Of a stretch of 64,000 nucleotides of DNA, positions 59,551 through 64,000 are shown in pieces. The stretch spans positions 9,364,001 through 9,428,000 of the forward strand of contig CM075991.1 of the NCBI GenBank assembly GCA_038087875.1, written 5' to 3'. The DNA is from Malacoraja senta (Eukaryota). Under the pieces are notes generated by a model. That model ran no database searches and had not been told where the DNA came from. It saw only the letters and a program-made list of their open reading frames with translations. The position numbers were made by a program, and so were the translations under genes. Each line of letters begins with the position of its first letter. Position 1 is the first letter of the stretch.

Positions 59551-60455
59551 CTTGGAACTATTGAACTCTTAAAGGTATACATGTTTGGTCTTTCTGCTGA
59601 CTGGATAGCACACAATAAAAGCTTTCACTGTACCTTCCACTGTACCTCGTGACAATAAACTACACTAGCTAACTTATTACCTCACCTACACATCAAGGTG
59701 TCGAGCAATCCCTGAGAAAGGACGACAAATTATTTATATGTTAATTTTTCTTCTGACATCGGTATTTAGCACCATCCAAGAATGGTTCACGCCCGCCAGT
59801 TATTTTACTAACAGTAAGGAACTAATACTGAAAGAAAAAGAAAGATCCGGCATCTTTACAGCACGTTTCTTGTTGCTGGGGGCATCTTTTAAGGTCATCG
59901 ATCCTAGCATGAAACACAGCAGCTGGTTTGTGTACAGAAGGTTCCCATCAACATTAAAGTCATAATGACCTGACAATCAGCTTTATTGATGGTAAACCGT
60001 CAGGCCCGACTCTTCTTTTTTCTTCTTCCCCCCCCCACCCCCACCCCCACATCAGTCTGAAGAAGGGTCTTGTTCCTTCGCTCCATAGATGCTGCCTCAC
60101 CCGCTGAGTTTCTCCAGCATTTTTATCTACCTTCTGTTTTTTCTCTAAGATCTTCTTCTTGTCGAGTCCACACAGAAGATTAGGAGTTTTTTTCAGCCAG
60201 AGCTGAACACACTTCTCGGCATCTGCATACAATGGTGTCTGTCTTGTCGCTTCTTGTGCGTGGATTGGTGGAAGCAGGGCCGGGACATGAACGCTTTTTC
60301 CTTGACCCCCTTCTCTGGGATTCAGCCTTGGGACTGTTAGCCCAAGAGAGAAGAGTGGCTCGTGGTTTAATATTCCAGAAGGAAAATTGGCACTTACTCG
60401 GTATTACACAGAAGAGCCAACCAAGGGTCTGGGCAGGGCCTTGAACAAACACTAA

Positions 60456-60776
60456 GGGCGGTCATGGTGGTGCAGCGGTAGAGTTGCTGCTTCACAGCGC
60501 TTGCAGCACCGGAAACCCGTGTTCGATCCCAATTACGGGTGCCGTCTGTACGGAGTTTGTACGTTCTCCCCGTGACCTGTGTGGGTTTTCTCCGAGATCT
60601 TCGGTTTCCTCCCACGCTCCAAAGACGTACAGGTTTGTGGGTTCATTGGCTTGGTAAATGTAAAAATTGTCCCTAGTGTGTGTGTAGGATGGTGTTAGTG
60701 TTAGGGGATCGCTGGTCGGCACAGACCCGGCGGGCCGAAGGGCCTGTTTCCGCGCTCCATCTCTAAACTAAACTAA
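60456..60776 (+). mobile_element. HE1-like V-SINE, full length
   Basis: tRNA-like head, core, CR1-type tail, TAAACTAAACTAAA. Confidence 0.88.
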
Positions 60777-60854
60777 ATGGCACGATTGTGAACATGTATT
60801 GACCTCCCGCTGACTGGTTAGCATGCAACAAAAGCTTGTCTCTGTACCTCGGTA

Positions 60855-61200
60855 CATAGAAACATAGAAACATTCGGCCCTTCGAGCCTGCACCGCCATT
60901 CAATATGATCATGGCTGATCATCCAACTCAGTATCCCGTACCTGCCTTCTCTCCCTACCCCCTGATCCCTTTAGCCACAAGGGCCACATCTAACTCCCTC
61001 TTAAATATAGCCAATGAACTGGCCTCAACTACTTTCTGTGGCAGAGAATTCCACAGATTCACCACTCTCTGTGTGAAAAATAATGTTCTCATCTCGGTCC
61101 TAAAAGACTTCCCCCTTATCCTTAAACTGTGACCCCTTGTTCTGGACTTCCCCAACATCGGGAACAATCTTCCTGCATCTAGCCTGTCCAACCCCTTAAG
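60855..61200 (-). mobile_element. CR1-clade LINE 3' fragment (same young subfamily as 6851-7370 and 26203-26621)
   Basis: LKGLDRLDAGRLFPMLGKSRTRGHSLRI...WNSLPQKVVEASSLAIFKRELD. Confidence 0.9.
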
Positions 61201-61763
61201 TCCAAACCCGTGTTCGATCCCAACTACGGGTGCTGTACATAAGTACAAGTGGCAATTAACTAAACTGAAACTTATAAGTTTTCATCTGTACTAATTTAGT
61301 GAACGGCACACTGTCAGCACTCCCGGGATAAGGAATCATCATGAATTCCTGATGGAACTATCAATGACCACAGTAATTGTGGCCCAAAGCTCTATTCTCT
61401 CTCCACGCTGCAGAAAAGCCTTGAATGATGATGGCAAGCACTGACTAAAAGCGTTCTGTCTTACGGGGCGGATGAGCAAACTCTTAATTTGGCTCCAGGG
61501 CCAATGCAACATTAAGGCACTTGTTGGCGAAATCACCAAAATGACTGTTTGCAAACTGCAGCTCGTTTTGCATCAACAGAAGTGCGTAACCACATGGAGT
61601 GGGCCGCCGGCCATCGGGTCGGTCAAGGGTCCGTGATGTGGACTGAATCCCGCATTGTAACCTTGAAACTCCTCGACTGGACTGGTCCAACCTTTCTCCG
61701 CTGAAAAGGTTTTCCGAAAAGCAAACTCTGCCCCAGGGGTGGGGAGGCAAGATGGCCAGCTGC

Positions 61764-61851
61764 TCAGATGTTGAGATCCATGAAAGAGTCTGAGCAGGAC
61801 AACATAGTCAACACGATTACTTGCCCGGTGTAAACGGGCTCTCTCGGATGT
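61764..61851 (-). other. Possible terminal coding exon of an unidentified host gene
   Basis: Minus strand acceptor-like ctctgtttccttgagtttacag, then a phase-2 frame HPREPVYTGQVIVLTMLSCSDSFMDLNI*, followed by repeat-poor UTR-like sequence and AATAAA at 59987-59982. Peptide not recognised. Confidence 0.25.
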
Positions 61852-62101
61852 CTGTAAACTCAAGGAAACAGAGCCATGTTAATTCTCATCACTTTCTCTC
61901 AACCCCACTCCGCTAATTGACACAACTTCTGCTGGTAGGTTCCCGAAGCAGTGTAGAAAGTCGTAAACAGAATGTTGAACAAGCTAGCATTGCTTAGCCA
62001 GGGGGGTGAAACATATGTTCTTGTGGGTAATGATGAGCTGGTGGGAAGAATTAGCTTGTCTGATCCTGGGGTGTATTTCTGGTCGTTCCTTTCCCTCCAC
62101 T

Positions 62102-62722
62102 TTTATTTTATTTTTTCCTTCTTAACAGGGACTTTATTCAGTATTTCCATTTTACGGTGTGCCGGAAGGTACAAAGACATTTGTGGTCACATTACATCAG
62201 GCGATCATTATAATACAACAGTGCCATCTTTATCTACCATATGCTCGACTCATCCCCGTGGCGACCAGCGTTCATGGAAGGCCTCCAGAGTCCCCGTGGA
62301 CACCGTGTGTTCCCTCTCCAGGGACACGCAGGCCGGACGTAGGCCCGGCAGCCGACTCTGGTGTGACCATCGACCGCCCGCTGCCTGGACCCGCGAATGG
62401 CCATCTTGGCCAGGCTCAGGAGCAAACCGACAGGGAGCTCCCACACTCCCCATCGCCCCTCCCAACCTGCTGCCTTGTGCCCAAATACCAAAATCGTGGG
62501 ACTAAAATCGATGCTCCATCAGATACTCTCACACTCCGTGTACATGTTGGGCACGGTCTCTTCCTCGCCGCAGAAGTTACAGGCGGCTGGCGAGTCCGTG
62601 AACCGACTTAAATATCTGTCACATACCACACCTCTGTGCAACAGTCTCAACCCCAGGTCCCTGATGTAAAAGGGGAGGACACCCTTATAGAGAGACCTCC
62701 ACTGGGGACTGCTCCCGCCCGC
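62102..62722 (-). mobile_element. Tx1-like LINE 3' fragment, degenerate
   Basis: FGHK...WELPVGLLLSLAKMAIRGSRQRAVDG...SLEREHTVSTGTLEAFHERWSPRG matches the end of the ORF2 at 1592-5314. TSD CCTTTCCCTC(C/T)ACT at 62088-62101 and 62723-62736. Confidence 0.9.
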
Positions 62723-63195
62723 CCTTTCCCTCTACTGCGTGTGTGGGGTATCCTTGCTTCCTGCAACTGCAGAGGAACTCAGTGCACACTGCCCTTTGAA
62801 GAAAAGCTAGGGATATTTACATTTAAGAGGGATAAGGAGAAAGCTCATGGGGTATAGACATAATCAATATTTAATAGGTAGAAAGAAGCTGAATTCTAAT
62901 AAATAATTTTATTACCAAGAGGCACAATTATTCATCTAGATAAGAACATGAGCAGATATAGGAGCAGGAGTCAATCATACAGCCCCTGGTGCAGCTATGC
63001 CATTCTATAAGATCTGATCTTGGTCTCAGCTCCACTACCTTGTCCGCATGTCACAAAGGTCTATCACTCTCTGCCTTGAATATATTGAACGATTCATTGC
63101 CCATGGCTTTCTGGAATGGAGGACTCCAAAGATTGGTGACCCTCAAAGATGAAACTCCTCCTTATCTCTCACTTAAAGGGCAGCTGGGTACCAGT

Positions 63196-63583
63196 GGGTG
63201 GCACGGTGGCGCAGTGGTAGAGTTGCTGCCATACAGCACCAGAGACATGGGTTCAATCCTGACAACGGGTGCTGCCTGTAGGGAGTTTGTACCTTCTCCC
63301 TGTGACTGCATGGGTTTCCTCCGGGTGCTCAGGTTTCCTCTGACATCCCAAAGACGTGCAGGTTTGTAGGTTTATTGGCTTCTGTAAATTGTCTCTCGTG
63401 TGTAGGATAGAACGAATGTACGGGTGATCAATGGTCTGCTCGGACTCAGTGGGCTGAAGGGCCTGTATCGACCGGAAACATCGCCTATTTCCTTCGCTCC
63501 ATAGATGCTGCCTCTCCCGCTGAGTTTCTCCAGAATTTTTGTCTACCTTCGATTTTTCCAGCATCTGCAGTTCTTTCTTAAAC
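63196..63583 (+). mobile_element. V-SINE followed by a Penelope-derived tail (63470-63583)
   Basis: GGGTGGCACGGTGGCGCAGTGG head and core, then GAAACATCGCCTATTTCCTTCGCTCCATAGATGCTGC...CAGCATCTGCAGTTC. Confidence 0.8.
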
Positions 63584-64000
63584 TATAATATTGAAGGCCA
63601 GTTTCAAAAAATGCCGTATCAAATTAACTCACGGAATTATATAGGCACAATCGCCGGCGTCATAAAAACCAATAATACTGGAAAGCCATTTCGTTCATTT
63701 CTTCATCCGGCTGGGCTAATCTCCTTTAATTCCACTTCAATTACACAGTGTGTTACTCTAAAACTCAATTAAAGAATACTAAATGTGAAGAAAAAGAGAG
63801 ATTTTCTCTACTACAACACAATTGCAGGGAATGGATCACAGGTACCCCTGTCATAACTGCACCCAGTCAGAACTAATGACTTTGGGATTCACTGCAGCCA
63901 GACAAGTATCAGAAGACACTCTGAACTCAAGATGAATAATATCGCTGGCCCCCAAAACGTGATATTTAGTAAGAAACATGGATCGCCCATTTCTTTGGGA

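Overview
Eukaryotic (vertebrate) intergenic or intronic DNA. The repeat content (HE1-like tRNA-derived V-SINEs with HER1/CR1-type tails) points to a cartilaginous fish, probably a skate or ray (inference). Roughly half of the window is transposon-derived. It opens with a young Tx1-group (L1 clade) non-LTR retrotransposon: 3' part of ORF1, an uninterrupted APE-RT-CCHC ORF2, poly(A), then a GA-rich microsatellite. After that come about 30 SINE copies; 3' fragments of CR1, Rex1/Babar, L2, L1, RTE, Hero and Tx1 LINEs; Harbinger- and hAT-type MITEs; two large simple-repeat tracts; and a 200-N assembly gap. I could not confidently identify any host gene; there is one weak candidate terminal exon on the minus strand near 61.8 kb. 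The most interesting signals are at the RNA level. (1) The 3' end of a Hero-clade retrotransposon (40927-41047) holds every hammerhead ribozyme core element (GUC, GAAA, CUGAGGA, perfect stems I and III) in a non-canonical, pseudoknotted strand order. (2) About 20 short Penelope-derived inserts carry minimal hammerhead motifs, often as TSD-flanked palindromes. Repeat boundaries were read by eye and may be off by some tens of bases unless a TSD is quoted.
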